DNA from: an uncultured delta proteobacterium
Lineage (GTDB): Bacteria > Myxococcota_A > Polyangia > Polyangiales > JAFGIB01
Direction: 5' to 3'
DNA: 64,000 bases
Assembly (NCBI GenBank): GCA_963778655.1
Contig: CAVZVA010000003.1
Span: 736,001-800,000 of the forward strand
Made by a program: the position numbers and the translations under genes. The notes under the pieces were generated by a model that worked only from the letters and a program-made list of their open reading frames with translations, was not told the origin of the DNA and ran no database searches. Shown here one piece after another: positions 1 through 8,893 of this stretch. Position 1 is the stretch's first letter; each line of letters starts with the position of its first letter.

Positions 1-25
1 GCCCTTGCGGGCACAGGAACCTGAA
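1..25 (-). repeat. att site: displaced 3' fragment of tRNA-Leu (continues off-window)
   Basis: Identical to 18968-18992; identity stops after ...CTGAA (TTCAG in tRNA sense = anticodon loop). Confidence 0.92.
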
Positions 26-227
26 CGGAGTGTGTTGTGCAGTGAGTTCAAGGGTTTCAGCGGGCTGCGTGCGTCAGGCAGCGTCAGAATGCGCCCCGAA
101 GCGCCGCATTCTGGCCTCCCGGGGGCCACGCAACCGCGGCGCAGATGGTCGGGTGGGCGGCTGGTAGCCGTAGGTGCCCGGCGCCACCGTCGCCGCCGGG
201 CAGCCACCGTGCTGACCCCTGAGACCG

Positions 228-513
228 ATGGACCCGTTCGACCGGTTCACCTTCGATCCCGCCATCATGGGCGGACCGCGCCTGCAATCGCGGCATGCGC
301 ATCCCCGTGTCCGTGGTGGTCGGCCAGCTCGCCCGCGGCGCGAGCGTGAAAGACGTGCTCGCTGATTTCCCCGACCTCGAAGAGGCCGACGTGCGGCAGG
401 CATTGCAGTACGCCGCGTGCCTCACCACCGAAGAAGTGCGTCCGGTGCAGACCCCCCGTGCTCCAGCCGAACCGAGGCCGCCAGAGCGACCATCGCTGTT
501 GGGCTTGCGGTAA
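228..513 (+). pseudogene. DUF433-family (antitoxin-like) gene with +1 frameshift
   Basis: ATG 228 gives MDPFDRFTFDPAIMGG; after one extra base near 276 the next frame reads RACNRGMRIPVSVVVGQLARGASVKDVLADFPDLEEADVRQALQYA, typical of DUF433. Confidence 0.75.
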
Positions 514-576
514 ACGGGACGGCATGCTTGCGTGATTCGGAGGCGGGTCCTTGCAGTCCGTTGGGCGCACCCAGAC

Positions 577-1182
577 ATGTCGCCATTCGAAGATTCGCTG
601 CATGCGTTCGAGAAGGAACTCGGCTTGGCGGCGGGTTTCTTCCAGGCGCTCCTTCGAGAGGATGATTGGTCGTTCGTGATCAAGCTGCACGCAGTGATCG
701 AGGCGGCAACGTCTCACCTGCTTGCGGAGACTCTTGGACGCACCGATCTTCTTGGTGTCCTTAGCCACCTCGAACTGGGAGACCAGAAGACGGGTAAAGT
801 CGCGTTCGGTCGTGCGCTGAGCTGCTTGTCACACGACGATCGCCGGTTCATCACGACTCTCTCGAAGATTCGAAACACACTGGTCCATGACATTCGCAAT
901 GCGGCGTTCTCCCTTCCTGAGTACGTCGCTCGGCTAGACAGGAACCAGATCCGCCAAATCGCAGAAGCGACCGTCGTTGCAGAACCAACTGCGGGTCGGC
1001 GGGCGCCGCCCACAGACGCCGTGCAATCCTTCCGAGGGAACCCGAAGCAACGTCTTTGGCACCGCGCAATGCTGATGGTGTTCGACGCGTACCAGAACAA
1101 GACAGCAGCCCAAGCCTCCCACTGGCAGAATAGGATGATGCGCGAGGCGATGGGTGTCGATGATGACGAGGACAATGACTGA
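577..1182 (+). CDS. MtlR/HEPN-like protein with RxxxxH motif (putative RNase/defence effector)
   Basis: All-helical-looking ORF with DDWSFVIKLHAVIE...SKIRNTLVHD (R-x4-H). Confidence 0.55.
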   Translation: MSPFEDSLHAFEKELGLAAGFFQALLREDDWSFVIKLHAVIEAATSHLLAETLGRTDLLGVLSHLELGDQKTGKVAFGRALSCLSHDDRRFITTLSKIRNTLVHDIRNAAFSLPEYVARLDRNQIRQIAEATVVAEPTAGRRAPPTDAVQSFRGNPKQRLWHRAMLMVFDAYQNKTAAQASHWQNRMMREAMGVDDDEDND

Positions 1183-1428
1183 GCCTGAGGGCGCCGACCT
1201 TGAGTCGCAGCCCGACGGAGGCCCGTCCAGGCCTGTCCCGCTGTCGATCTTCGGGCTTAAAGCGGCGTACGCGGCCACGCACCCGTTGTGGTCGACAGCA
1301 AGGACACGGGCTCACAGTCGCAAGGCGGACCAAGCTCGCGCCGGAGCGCGACTGCGAGGACGCGCAACACCGCGCGCGTCGATTTCGATTGGGATCGGCC
1401 GCATCCGATTGGACAAAAACGCAGACGC

Positions 1429-1458
1429 TTGACAGTTTATCAAAAAAGAGCGATTCAT
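1429..1458 (+). promoter_or_regulatory. Putative sigma70 promoter with overlapping palindromic operator
   Basis: TTGACA at 1429-1434 inside imperfect palindrome TTGACA-GTT-TATCAA (1429-1443); AT-rich patch just upstream of ATG 1466; -10 element weak. Confidence 0.45.
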
Positions 1459-1465
1459 CGTTTCC

Positions 1466-2065
1466 ATGACGAAGCGCAGCGCTCCGCACCACTTCCACTC
1501 TGACCTCTCCCCGGAGCGCCTGGCGTTCATCGTGCAGGTGATTCGGGCCTGTCGGACTCAGGCGTACGACGCGCATGTAGGACTCGACGATGTCGAGTGG
1601 GCCTCGCAGTGCTTGGCATATAAGCTGACCCTGAACAAGTTTCGCAAATTGGCGAAGGTCGTCGTCCCCTGGCTTTCGTTTTGGAGCGAGGAGGAACTGG
1701 CTTACTTCATCGGTGTTGGTGTCGTTCCGGTCCGCTTGCAGCGCTCGGATCGGCCGATGAAGCCACGCATGATCACCGAGGGCAGGCTGGCTAACGCGAC
1801 TCAGACGCTCCTGCCGTTCGGCGATGGTCGACAGAAACTCGGTGATGTGCTTGTTCGTTTCGAGTTCCGGGTGGACGGACCGCAGATCGGTCTATGCGAA
1901 CTGGTCGTGTATAGCAACGACGGCAAGGTGGCGTATGGGCGCTGGCTCGTGGATGAACTGGACAGCGCAGTCCCGCTCGTGATGCACGAAGCTGACGACA
2001 TTCCGCCTGCTGACTTCGATCTCGGCGAGGAAGAAGAGGAAGATGGCGAGACTGAGCCTGGTTGA
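1466..2065 (+). CDS. Hypothetical protein, candidate toxin partner of XRE-ImmA (RosmerTA RmrT-like)
   Basis: 199 aa, acidic tail, overlaps the downstream XRE-metallopeptidase gene by 23 nt. Confidence 0.6.
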   Translation: MTKRSAPHHFHSDLSPERLAFIVQVIRACRTQAYDAHVGLDDVEWASQCLAYKLTLNKFRKLAKVVVPWLSFWSEEELAYFIGVGVVPVRLQRSDRPMKPRMITEGRLANATQTLLPFGDGRQKLGDVLVRFEFRVDGPQIGLCELVVYSNDGKVAYGRWLVDELDSAVPLVMHEADDIPPADFDLGEEEEEDGETEPG

Positions 2066-3158
2066 ACGCAACACCTTCCAGGAAGGCCTGACCCTCGCAA
2101 GGGAGTATCGAGGGCTCAGCCAAACCGAACTCGCGAAAAAGTCTGGCGTGGCGCGCCAGCAAATCGTGAACCTGGAGAGTGGGGTGACGCTTCACCCCAC
2201 AGACACTACGCGCGATGCGCTCTGCGCGTCGCTTGATGTGTTTCGCGAGTTCATGGAGATCATTCCAGACGAGTCTCCGTCGGAGCGCGTGCTCCACTTC
2301 CGCGGGAAGCCGCGCGTCACCGCGCGCATAAATCGTCAACTGGTGGCGCAGGGCAGCGTGTGGATTCGCTTCACACGCGCGGTGGAGAGCAGGGTCCGAC
2401 GTTTGCCGGAAGATGGCTTCTCTAAGATCGCGAACACTGGATCTATCGAAGATGTTGCGGCCCGCACGCGAAAGGCATGGGGACTGCGAGAGGATGCGCC
2501 GCTCAAGAATGTGACCAGGCTGCTGGAGCGTGCCGGCGCGTTCGTTGGAACGTTTGAGGGTGGCGAGGATGGCATCGACGCGTACTCGTGGCAGGGCGCC
2601 TCTCACTACATCCTTGGCAACGCGGATCGCGAGATGCCGTCAAGGACACGCCACAGCCGGCTTCACGAAGCGGGGCACCTGATTCTCCATCGGGGGCGTC
2701 AAACAGGAGATCCGGCGACCGAGGAGGAAGCACACCGCTTTGCTGGCGCCATGCTTCTTCCGCGGCGAGCCTTTTGGCAGGAGTTCCCGCGCGGCTCGCG
2801 TCTGAATTGGGACGGCATGTTCCGCATGAAGGAGCGCTGGGGCACGAGCGTGCAGGCGATCGTACGGCGCGCTTACGACCTGACCCTCATCGACGCTGCG
2901 CAGTACAAGCGCGCGTTTATCTACATCTCGTCAATGGGCTGGAGAAAAAGAGAGCCGAACGAAGCGAGCGAGGTGGAGCAGCCGGAGTTGCTACCGCGGG
3001 TCCTGGAGTCACTGGCACAGTCTAAGGGCGTGACGCCGAGCGAGTTGGGTCGATCGATCGGTTTGCCCGTGAGCACGCTCAGCAAGCTGGTTGGAACCGA
3101 CCTGTCCACGCTCGATGCGATGCGGACGGTGGTGAACATTAAGGCACCCAAGGCTTGA
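2043..3158 (+). CDS. XRE HTH + ImmA/IrrE (peptidase M78) metallopeptidase fusion
   Basis: N-terminal LAREYRGLSQTELAKKSGVARQQIVNLESG HTH; HEAGH (HExxH) and EEEAHRFAGAMLLP motifs. Confidence 0.92.
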   Translation: MARLSLVERNTFQEGLTLAREYRGLSQTELAKKSGVARQQIVNLESGVTLHPTDTTRDALCASLDVFREFMEIIPDESPSERVLHFRGKPRVTARINRQLVAQGSVWIRFTRAVESRVRRLPEDGFSKIANTGSIEDVAARTRKAWGLREDAPLKNVTRLLERAGAFVGTFEGGEDGIDAYSWQGASHYILGNADREMPSRTRHSRLHEAGHLILHRGRQTGDPATEEEAHRFAGAMLLPRRAFWQEFPRGSRLNWDGMFRMKERWGTSVQAIVRRAYDLTLIDAAQYKRAFIYISSMGWRKREPNEASEVEQPELLPRVLESLAQSKGVTPSELGRSIGLPVSTLSKLVGTDLSTLDAMRTVVNIKAPKA

Positions 3159-3569
3159 AAACAACCACGGGCCGGTGCTTGCGACACTGGCCTGCTGGAC
3201 GCAGACGAGCTGCGGCCGTCATCCGCCGCTCTGGACGCGTGATGCCGGACTACGAAGCAAGGTGGGAGCGCCTGCCGTTGTTCGGGCGGCTAATGGTGCG
3301 GCGAAGGCCAGAGGTCGAGTCCGCCGTGGTTAACGGCTCGGCCAAACCTTCGATAATCGGCTGTATCGAGGCTTTCCGATCGCCCGCCGGCCAAACTCGG
3401 AGCCGCGGCAAACTTTGAAGGTATTGTGTAGAACAACGCCTTTCACCGCGCTGCCGGGGCCCACCGATAAGTGCTCCGCGGTCGAGCATTTGCGTCGTCG
3501 CCTCCGGACCGACCCGGTGCGCAAGGCCCGCCACCTGCCCGCTCGCCCGGGCGGCTGCCGCGAGCCGTT

Positions 3570-3909
3570 CAATCTCGTCGACCGCGGCCACGAGCCACCG
3601 TTCCTCGTGGACGTCCCCGAGCATTCAGGAGCGTGCCTTATGACCCGGGCCCCAAGAACCGGATCGACGATCGGACCTTTGGCCGAGACACGCCACGCCC
3701 GGTTCGCGGTCGCGGACGCGACCGGGGCGCGGCCCAGTGTACTACGAGGCTGGATTCGCCGAGGGCCGGGCACGCCCGTGATTCGGACGTGCAAGAAGGT
3801 CCGAGACAAGGACATGGCCTTCGACACGCGACAGAACGAACACATCCTGTCGGGCGACCCACCACACCTGGAGGCCCAGCTGATCGCGAAGATCGAGCGG
3901 CGTGGTTGA
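3570..3909 (+). pseudogene. Decayed nucleoside 2-deoxyribosyltransferase/TIR-like gene (C-terminal part, several frameshifts)
   Basis: Stitching frames gives ...KNRIDDR/LAETRHARFAVADATGARPSV/YEAGFAEG/TPVIRTCKK...DMAFDTRQNEHIL, matching the ADxTG...VYYEAGFAxG.G.PVI.TC...FDTRQ..HI pattern. Confidence 0.65.
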
Positions 3910-3957
3910 AAGCGCAGCTGACGCCGAACACGGCAAACGGCAGCGGGTCGAGATGTC

Positions 3958-4578
3958 ATGAGTTGTCGCGCATACTCTCAGCCTGTCGTGCGCGACGCGG
4001 TTAGGAGCGAAGGAAGAATGGCGATCTGGCAGTCACAAACACAGTCGATTTGGCAGCTGCTCGGGGCTCGCATCGGCACGGTCGAGGGGACTCCATCGAT
4101 CGACATCCGCGAGGTTCTGCGACATGCGCGCGCGTCTGGGTTCGATGGCTTCCAGCGCGCTGTGCTGCTGATCGGTGGAGATCCCGCCACTGTCGATTTG
4201 CGGTCCTGCACGCTGACGATCAGCGGCGGTCGCTCGCGAGTTATCAGCCTCGTCGCGTTACCATGCCCGTTCGGCGGCGTCCGTTGGCTTGCGAGCTGCC
4301 CGGCCTGTCATCGTCGCGCTGCACTGCTGTTCCGGCTTCGACGCGACGCGGTCTGGGCATGTAGGCGATGCCACGGGCTGCATCATGTAACGGCACTGGC
4401 GAACCGGCGCAAGCGGGAGGAGATCAAGGTGGCCCGGCTGCGCATGCGGCTGGGGTTGCGTGTTTGGTCGGATGGACCGCTGCCGGGCAGGGCGCCAAGG
4501 ATGCGGCGGTCGACCGAGACGCGCCTCCGGGAGGCACTTCGTGCCGCGGAGCAAGCTGCGGGCGTGCAACGCCGGTGA
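3958..4578 (+). CDS. Hypothetical basic Zn-finger protein typical of mobile elements (start may be 4018)
   Basis: PCPFGGVRW..CPAC....WACRRCHGL: two CxxC pairs; Arg-rich C-terminus. Confidence 0.65.
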   Translation: MSCRAYSQPVVRDAVRSEGRMAIWQSQTQSIWQLLGARIGTVEGTPSIDIREVLRHARASGFDGFQRAVLLIGGDPATVDLRSCTLTISGGRSRVISLVALPCPFGGVRWLASCPACHRRAALLFRLRRDAVWACRRCHGLHHVTALANRRKREEIKVARLRMRLGLRVWSDGPLPGRAPRMRRSTETRLREALRAAEQAAGVQRR

Positions 4579-4852
4579 GGCAGGCCTCACCTGATCGCTG
4601 GTCCGGGTACTGCTACGAGCCTCTCGATCTCCTCGACCGTGGGCCGCAGCGGTTCGACCAGCGGACCGCCGCAGAGCCCAAACGCGCCTTGCGCGCTTGC
4701 AACGGCGGCTGCGGGATGACTCCGTCCTAGCGAACGATCACGGCGAGGCCTCGGCGCCCGCAGGTGCCTGGCAAGAATGGTCGCGCCGACGCATGCCGCG
4801 TGCAAGACGATACCCGCGGGCCTTGTCGGATCCAACCAATAGTTAGGCGGAT

Positions 4853-5695
4853 TCAGAGGGCGAGCCGGCTTGCCGCGCCCGACGGATACATGAACGCGAG
4901 GAAACGCCTCGGGTACGGAAGCTCGCCCCCATCCGTGACATCGTGGTCGTCCTGACCGCCGAGAAAGATCATAGTCGGGACATCAGCACCACTGGGGAAC
5001 GGCTGCGGTTTGGCCGTGAATAGAAGCACGTGGTCACGAAGCGGGAGCCCCGCAGGCTGGCCGAGAAGGGCCGTATAAGACACCTCCTTCGTGCGTTGAT
5101 GCATCATCAGTGTGCTCGCCCGAATCGGGGCGCGCCCATCGCCAACAGCGTTGTCGAGAATGTCGCGCTTACGTCGCCACTCGGCACTAATTCGAAGGCC
5201 CACGGGTTCGGCTGTGGCGAAATCGACCTGAAGTTTGAGCGTCGACCGATCTGGCTTGGTAAACCGCTTGAACCCGCGAAGCCAGTACACGAACAGGTCA
5301 AAGACGCGCCCGATCGAGCCTTCCAGCTTGAAGGACTGCTTCTCCGGAAGGAGCAGCGGACCGTTTGTCTTCGAGAAGTGGACGGTGCCGGACCGATGAT
5401 GAGCGAACTTGATGTCCGTCAGGACGGTTACACCGTTCTGGCCGAGGTCGTACGTCACAGGTCCAGAACTCGGCGCTGGGTCCTCTAGCACGCTGAGCAC
5501 CCCTTGCTTCGCAGCGAGGTATGGAAACATGACGTAGATACTTCCGTCGCTGCCGAACGTGACGCGGCAGAGTTTGGCTTGTGCACTCGGTGTGTGCGCG
5601 CAAATGACGGAATTCCGCGCGGCGTAGTACTCCAGTCCGTTCTCTTCGACAACGAACTGGCGCTCGCCGGTGATTCTGCCGTGGTGCAGTGTCAT
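4853..5695 (-). CDS. Hypothetical protein (alternative start 5716)
   Basis: Long ORF with normal protein composition; His-rich motif KFAHHRSGTVHFSKT; family not recognised. Confidence 0.7.
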   Translation of the reverse strand: MTLHHGRITGERQFVVEENGLEYYAARNSVICAHTPSAQAKLCRVTFGSDGSIYVMFPYLAAKQGVLSVLEDPAPSSGPVTYDLGQNGVTVLTDIKFAHHRSGTVHFSKTNGPLLLPEKQSFKLEGSIGRVFDLFVYWLRGFKRFTKPDRSTLKLQVDFATAEPVGLRISAEWRRKRDILDNAVGDGRAPIRASTLMMHQRTKEVSYTALLGQPAGLPLRDHVLLFTAKPQPFPSGADVPTMIFLGGQDDHDVTDGGELPYPRRFLAFMYPSGAASRLAL

Positions 5696-5722
5696 TCCGC
5701 CTTCATTCCGCCTCATTCCGCC
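5692..5722. repeat. Three tandem copies of TCATTCCGCC
   Basis: Copies at 5692-5701, 5703-5712, 5713-5722. Confidence 0.85.
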
Positions 5723-6059
5723 TAACGATGAATATCCCGTCGGGGCCGGTCTGCCTAGTTGGTCGAGGGTGTGCGCAGTAGGGGCACACTACGGGCCAAG
5801 AGTTTCTTGGGATTCGGGGGGATTCGGGGAAGGCCAAGGCGTCCGGGCGGAGGGCTTGGCTCCGCAAGGCCAGGCGCGGCGGATGCGTTGGCGAACGTGC
5901 TCCGGTCGCCCGGCCCTTTGCGGGTTCGAGTTCACCAGACAGGTTGGCCGCGAACGGCAGAGCCCCTGTACACATGCCCGTCGGACTGTGCACAAGCGCC
6001 CTTGCTGCAGCCGGCTAAATGGGTTACGTTTGGGATGCATTCATAAGGGAGCTTCGCTA

Positions 6060-6779
6060 GTGCCTCGAATTCACCGCACCCGACCAGACCGCAAGCGCGT
6101 TGTTGGCTACGTGCGCGTGTCCACGTCGGAGCAGGCCCTCGGGCCCGAAGCCCAGCTCGCTGCCCTGCGGTCGTGGTGCGCGGCGCGGGGCGCCGAACTC
6201 GTGGCCGTGCGAGAAGACCTCGGCGTGTCTGGCGCGGCGCCCCTCGACCGGCGGCCCGGGCTGCTGGCGGCGCTCGACGCCCTGCGCGAGTACAGCGCAG
6301 GGGTGCTGCTGGTGGCCAAGCGCGACAGGCTGGCGCGCGACGTGGTGGTGAGCGCCATGGCCGAGCGGCTGGCCGCGCGCAGGGGCGCCGAGGTGCAGTC
6401 CGCGGACGGGGCGGGCAACGGCAGCGAGCCGGCCGACCAGCTGATGCGGACCATGGTCGACGCGTTCGCCCAGTACGAGCGCGCCCTGATTCGCGCGCGG
6501 ACGTCCGCCGCGCTGCGGGCCAAGCGCGCCCGCGGCGAGCGCACCGGCGGCCATGTGGCGCTTGGGCTCCGAGTCATGCCGGACGGCGTGCGCGTGGAGG
6601 CCGAGCCTGCGGAGGAGGTTGCCCTCAGGCGGATCGCCGAGCTGCGCGCCGACGGCGCGACCGTCCGGGCCATCGCCGAGCGCCTGAACGCCGAGGGAGT
6701 ACCCGCCCGCGGCACGAGGTGGCACGCGACGACGGTCGCCCGCGCTCTGCGCCGTCTCGAGCGGCCGGAGGCGGCGTGA
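6060..6779 (+). CDS. Serine recombinase (resolvase domain + short recombinase/HTH domain)
   Basis: VVGYVRVSTSEQ catalytic Ser motif, RRPGL, KRDRLARD, FAQYERALIRART; GTG start 6060. Confidence 0.93.
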   Translation: MPRIHRTRPDRKRVVGYVRVSTSEQALGPEAQLAALRSWCAARGAELVAVREDLGVSGAAPLDRRPGLLAALDALREYSAGVLLVAKRDRLARDVVVSAMAERLAARRGAEVQSADGAGNGSEPADQLMRTMVDAFAQYERALIRARTSAALRAKRARGERTGGHVALGLRVMPDGVRVEAEPAEEVALRRIAELRADGATVRAIAERLNAEGVPARGTRWHATTVARALRRLERPEAA

Positions 6780-6991
6780 GCCCACGCAAGCTCAAGGCGC
6801 CGGCCACGGCCCAGACCGCGCTGCGGCTGAGCCAGGCGCTCCTCGACCGTGCTGAAGCGCTGGCCCCGTTGCTGGCAGCTGACCCGGAGCGGGCGGGTAC
6901 CGGCAGTGTCAACCGCTCTGACGTGCTCCGGTTGGCGCTGACCAAAGGCTTGACTGTGCTCGAGCGACAATACCGGCGAGGCCCTGGCTAG
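6776..6991 (+). CDS. Small ribbon-helix-helix (CopG-like) DNA-binding protein
   Basis: GTGA overlap with recombinase stop; QTALRLSQALLDRAE...NRSDVLRLAL pattern. Confidence 0.6.
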   Translation: MSPRKLKAPATAQTALRLSQALLDRAEALAPLLAADPERAGTGSVNRSDVLRLALTKGLTVLERQYRRGPG

Positions 6992-7124
6992 CGCCGGTGC
7001 ATCAGCGGTGTCCGACTATCAAATAGTTCGACAGGTCACAGCAGGGAGAACGCTCGATCGTCTAGCGCCCGTAACGGCACGGTCCAAGTTGGCGAAGCCG
7101 GCCGTCTAGGCCGACAATGCAAGG

Positions 7125-7997
7125 ATGGCGCTTATCCCAACCAATGACGCCGTCGTAACCCGCTGCGCATCGTGGGACGAATTCGTTCGCGAAGTTCGCA
7201 AGGAGCCCAACCTGCTGCTGCCGGACGGATCGCTGCACGCATCCGCGTGCACTCTGTTCCGGGGTCACTTCGATCCAGGATGGCCCCTGTGTTCGAAACT
7301 CGAGCGCAACCTCTTGTTGCCGAGCATCGAGTACGACGACGGCGAGCCCCCGCCAGGCCCAGGTGATCTAGAAAACTGGTATCACACTCAGGCGCTCGAG
7401 GTCCTCGCCAGATTCCGACGCTCGGTCTCGTCTCTAGATCATTCGCTTGGCAGGCTGGAGGTCAACGAACTCTGGGCTCTCGGCCGACACCATGGGCTCC
7501 TGACACCGCTGCTTGACTGGTCAGAAAGTCCGTACGTTGCCGCGTACTTCGCGTTCGAGCCTCTCTATCGCAAGCAGGAGCTGCACGTTGGGGAAGTCAC
7601 CTCTGGCGGCTCAGGCGATGTCCGGGTGTGGGTCCTTCGCATGTACGAAGACATCACGATCGGCGGGGAATTTGAAGTCGTACGTGGCGTCCCGCCAGGT
7701 GCTCGTCGGCAGAACGCCCAACGAGGCGTCTTCACCAAGGTCCTTTCCGCAAAGCATCGCACCCTCGAGAATTATCTGAAGGCCCGCGAACGCGCGCACT
7801 TCCTGCAGGCCATCGACATTCCCAAGAACGAGTTCGCGACCGCTTGCGCTGACCTGACCTTGATGAATATCACCCCGTTCACGCTCTTTCCCGATCTTGA
7901 TGGCGCAGCCATTCATGCGAACATCATCCTCAGCACGATGCGAATCATGAGAACCATCTTCGACGGCTTGGATGACGTGGAATCTACGGCTAGATAG
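7125..7997 (+). CDS. FRG domain protein
   Basis: LFRGH, GRHHGLLTPLLDWSESPYVAAYFA, RQNAQRGVF, TLFPDLDG motifs. Confidence 0.92.
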   Translation: MALIPTNDAVVTRCASWDEFVREVRKEPNLLLPDGSLHASACTLFRGHFDPGWPLCSKLERNLLLPSIEYDDGEPPPGPGDLENWYHTQALEVLARFRRSVSSLDHSLGRLEVNELWALGRHHGLLTPLLDWSESPYVAAYFAFEPLYRKQELHVGEVTSGGSGDVRVWVLRMYEDITIGGEFEVVRGVPPGARRQNAQRGVFTKVLSAKHRTLENYLKARERAHFLQAIDIPKNEFATACADLTLMNITPFTLFPDLDGAAIHANIILSTMRIMRTIFDGLDDVESTAR

Positions 7998-8074
7998 CCG
8001 GCGAGGGCGCTGACGTAGGGCCCGACGATGGGTGAGACGTGGACGGGATTCTCGGTCGGCGCAGAGGTCATTCC

Positions 8075-8893
8075 GTGATTGTGGGATCCCAGCCACGAGT
8101 GCCGCCGCCCCGCCCTGTCGACGCAGAGCTTGTCGACCGACGCATGACAAGCGGGCGCAACGCGCCGCTGCTGCTGCACGTGCGTGACGAAACCGACCGA
8201 CCGGAGCAGTGCATAGTGAAGTCGAGGTCGCGTCTCGCCACGCCGCCACTGGAGTACTTATTGGAGTGGCTCGGGGCGGCGTTAGCACGAGCCCTGGGGC
8301 TGACCACTCCGGAGCCGCTTGCGGTTAGCATCTCCGACGACTTCGCCCAGAGCGTCGACCCATCGCTGCGCGAGGAGCTGGTGTCGTCGATCGGACTCGT
8401 GTACGGCTCGCGCTTCGTCAGAGGCGTCACGCAGGTCGCGCAGGATTATCCTTTCACGGCCTCTCAGCGCGAGATCGCGGCGAGCATCCTCGCCTTCGAC
8501 GTGTTCATCCACAACCGCGATCGCCGTGCATCCAACAAGAACTTGTTCATCGACCGGAACGATCTGGTGGTGTTCGACCACGAGCTGGCGTTTGACTTCG
8601 TGCACGCGCTCATCGGGGCGCCGGACCCCGTGCTGGACCATTGCCCGGATCTCGTGGCCGGACACGCGCTCTACGCGCCGCTGCGAGGCAAGGCGCCGAA
8701 GCAGGACGGGTTCCGGGCGAGGCTGGAAAGCCTGGATCAGGCGTTCTTCGAGGCCCTCATGGAAGCAACGCCAAGCGAGTGGACCTGCGATCACGCTCGC
8801 GGCAAACTCGACAGGATCGTGGAAGTGCTCCAGAGACGGCGCGAGGCCGTCGATAGGTGGCTCCCAAAGGTGTTCGCATGCCTGGACCGGTAA
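8075..8893 (+). CDS. HipA-like (HipA_2/CtkA-type) kinase
   Basis: IVKSR lysine, EWLGAALARALGL, FDVFIHNRDRRASNKNL catalytic loop, VFDHELAF; GAGGT RBS before GTG 8075. Confidence 0.88.
   Translation: MIVGSQPRVPPPRPVDAELVDRRMTSGRNAPLLLHVRDETDRPEQCIVKSRSRLATPPLEYLLEWLGAALARALGLTTPEPLAVSISDDFAQSVDPSLREELVSSIGLVYGSRFVRGVTQVAQDYPFTASQREIAASILAFDVFIHNRDRRASNKNLFIDRNDLVVFDHELAFDFVHALIGAPDPVLDHCPDLVAGHALYAPLRGKAPKQDGFRARLESLDQAFFEALMEATPSEWTCDHARGKLDRIVEVLQRRREAVDRWLPKVFACLDR

Noticed and set aside
1175..1432. Small ORF overlapping the HEPN-like gene stop
   Set aside because: Low-complexity Arg/Ala sequence with no motif; cannot be supported
5921..5940. GGGTTCGAGT resembling a tRNA T-arm or second att site
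   Set aside because: No flanking stem or cloverleaf; does not match tRNA-Leu and is in the opposite orientation
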